Shown here in pieces: positions 61,746 to 64,000 of a stretch of 64,000 bases of DNA. Under the pieces are notes generated by a model that was given only the letters and a program-made list of their open reading frames with translations, was not told where the DNA came from and did no database searches. Source of the stretch: Macrostomum lignano. Taxonomy: Eukaryota. The stretch is taken from the NCBI GenBank assembly GCA_002269645.1, contig NIVC01002331.1, forward strand, positions 1-64,000. The letters are read 5' to 3'. Positions within the stretch are counted from its first letter, which is position 1; the number at the start of each line of letters is the position of its first letter. The translations under genes were made by a program, and so were the position numbers.

Positions 61746-61970
61746 GCCTGTTAGATATGACAGTTATCTACCTGTTAGATATGAGTGTGTTTGACAGTCA
61801 TCTACCTGTTAGATATGAGTGTGTTTGACAGTCATCTACCTGTTAGATATGAGTGTGTTGACAGTCATCTACCTGTTAGATATGAGTGTGTTGACAGTCA
61901 TCTACCTGTTAGATATGAGTGTGTTTGACAGTCATCTACCTGTTAGATATGAGTGTGTTGACAGTCATCT
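61746..61970. repeat. 33-34-bp tandem repeat, ~6 copies, just 3' of the PKA-RII stop
   Basis: Unit acctgttagatatgagtgtgtt(t)gacagtcatct. Confidence 0.93.
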
Positions 61971-62784
61971 ATAGTACTCGAAAACTGTTTAAATGTTGGA
62001 CACGATACACTCTGATTAAGGACCCTTTGCAAATCCATAAAATATTTGTTTGAACAATGATAACATCAATTTAAAATTTTTCACGAGAATTTATGTTGAA
62101 CCTTTGCCCTTTTAGCTGTTTACATTGTCCAACACACAAAATTGTCACGAACTGACTGACACATTCAATGAAACTTACCCCATAAATTTATTTTTGTCTC
62201 TAAGAATATTAACCCGATTGAAGAAAAGTCGTTTCATACTGTTTGTATAGTCCTTGTCCGAGCGTATTTATTTATTTGTTTTGTTTTAACAGTGTCCTAT
62301 TAGGCACAGTGTTGGGCCTAATCCGTAGCCTTGCTAACCAGGCATGTCAATCGCTTGGGATTCTTTTTGATAAGCCGGGGCGCAGGATTTTATCTGGGAA
62401 GATTATCTATGGAACAGATCTCCTCTCTCTGCTGTCCCCTGCTCAGATGAGCTGCTCAGGTTCGAAGGCAGCAGAAATTGGTACTCGATGAAGCGGCGGC
62501 TGGACAGCTTGTCTGAGTCAGCTCAAGCTGCAGTCTCTCTCTGTTCCTAATTACTGCAGTCATCGAATGGCCTCCTCTTCCTTTGTGTTCTCTCTTCTTC
62601 TGCCTCTTCCTCTTTCGCAGTGAAGGCGCATGCTGTTTTTCAAGCTTTCATAGCATAATATCTAGCCATGTGTGTGCCGGCATGACGATCTCTGGGTAAT
62701 GCTTAGCGACTATTCTTGCTGTTCTGTCTACAACACAATAGATTTGTTATCTTGTGTTCAAAGGATTGTCAAGTGAATCAGTAA

Positions 62785-62935
62785 GACTGGGACAGGAGTG
62801 ACAGAAGTGAGAGACAGGAGTGAGAGACAGGAGCGACAGGAGTGACAGGAGAGACAGGAGTGAGAGACAGGAGTGACAGGAGTGACAGGAGTGACAGGAG
62901 TGAGGGAGAGAGTGAAATGAGTGAAGGACTGAGTG
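62785..62935. repeat. gacaggagt-based 9-bp degenerate repeat
   Basis: Directly visible. Confidence 0.85.
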
Positions 62936-63443
62936 AGATGAGTGTGGGAGAGTGACATGAGAGATCGAGAAAGTGACAGGTGAAGGACAGAGATAGGAAG
63001 CAAAAAAGGTGAAGGGCAAAGTTATGAGGCGGATGCACAACGGAGATGCTCAGCACTTACTGTAGCAGAAAACAGCAGGGACTCGCAGTCAAACTTCGAA
63101 CTATCAGAATTCAACTCAACCTTTCGCTTTCGTCACCTCAATCGACCCCACCGGTCCGAAGCATCTGTCTCAGGGATCCTTGATCCGCCTTCTTTCTATC
63201 CATCTGTTCCTCTAGTTTTTGCCGGTCCCAATGTAGATCCTTTTTTTCCGTCGCTAATCCAGTAAATCCACAGAGATTGCAGCATATGGGTCATTGTATT
63301 TTGACTTTACTAGTCAGGAATAAGCCACTTCTGAGTATTTTTTGTTATGAAACTATTAGCAAAGTATGAAGAAGCTTTACCAAATAATTTGGCAGGGAAA
63401 ACTGGATTATATTTTAAAACAATTCACTCGATTTCTTAGAAAT

Positions 63444-63620
63444 GAGCTGGAGGCGGGCCAAGAGGTCAGAGCGTCGGACTAACGACTTGCAGGTCGGTGG
63501 TTCGATTCTCAACCCACCCGGAACAATTTGTGTCCTTTTGTCAGCCAGAAGCACATGACTCTGCATTGCTCCAGTTCACCCAGCTGTAAAATGGGTGCCA
63601 GCAATAGCTGGGGTAATTGA
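63444..63620 (+). mobile_element. SINE family 1 copy (head + CORE-like domain, 3'-truncated)
   Basis: ggttcgattctc B box, then ggaacaatttgtgtcc..cagttcacccagctgtaaaatgggtgccagcaatagctggggtaattga, matching 9140-9387. Confidence 0.8.
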
Positions 63621-64000
63621 ATCTCACATCGCTATTGCATTTAGTACGCTCTCGGGAAATCGGATTTTTCTCGATTGGATTTGTCTATGGTAAAACCCCA
63701 TTCAGCGCTATGCATTCTCGAGAGCACACTAAGTGCACTGGCGATATAACAAATAAATGTTCCTTACCTGCCTCTAGTGCATTTCTAAGAAAATTGAGTG
63801 CCTTCTACTTCAGTTGTGCGTGTAATTCTGTTTGATACATAACCTAAAAAAGTCTAAATCCTTAATCTAAATCCTAAGTGACGCTAAGTAAACAGCCGTG
63901 ACGTTGTCCTGAATCTAAATCCTAAGTGACGCTAAGTAAACAGCCGTGACGTTGTTTTTATCAAAAATAAAGTTGAGCCATTTTAAATTAAGAACCGATT

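Noticed and set aside
62400-63300. Charged, coding-like minus-strand fragments (for example PICCNLCG..KKDLHWDRQKLEEQMDRKK)
   Set aside because: Interrupted by stops and repeats, with no assignable family. Possibly a decayed TE gag, but unsupported.

Overview
Eukaryotic, repeat-rich animal genomic DNA: GC-rich, intron-poor genes in AT-rich spacers with many minisatellites. The style suggests a flatworm such as Macrostomum, but that is inference and was not verified by any search. Six protein-coding genes can be reconstructed from ORFs plus in-phase GT-AG junctions: (1) a 710-aa BTB-BTB-BACK protein with a jacalin-like C-terminus (2889-5118, +); (2) an intronless 850-aa Gln-rich protein with a possible N-myristoylation motif and degenerate KH-like domain (14091-16643, -); (3) a 4-exon FAM193 homologue (37238-41724, +); (4,5) two secreted C-type lectin + PAN/apple genes inside a ~6.1-kb segmental duplication (43137-49335 and 52298-58405); (6) a 2-exon PKA type II regulatory subunit (59928-61658, +). 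Mobile DNA includes a 3.3-kb TTAA-flanked foldback element with 151-bp internal repeats, a second 0.73-kb foldback MITE, four hAT-type MITEs with expanding TC/GA tracts, two tRNA-derived SINE families, and Gypsy and probable BEL/Pao remnants. The most unusual observations are the BTB-lectin architecture, the foldback element, the lectin intron bounded by an 11-bp direct repeat, and introns filled with minisatellites that carry splice-signal-like motifs. No rRNA, genuine tRNA or CRISPR array was found.
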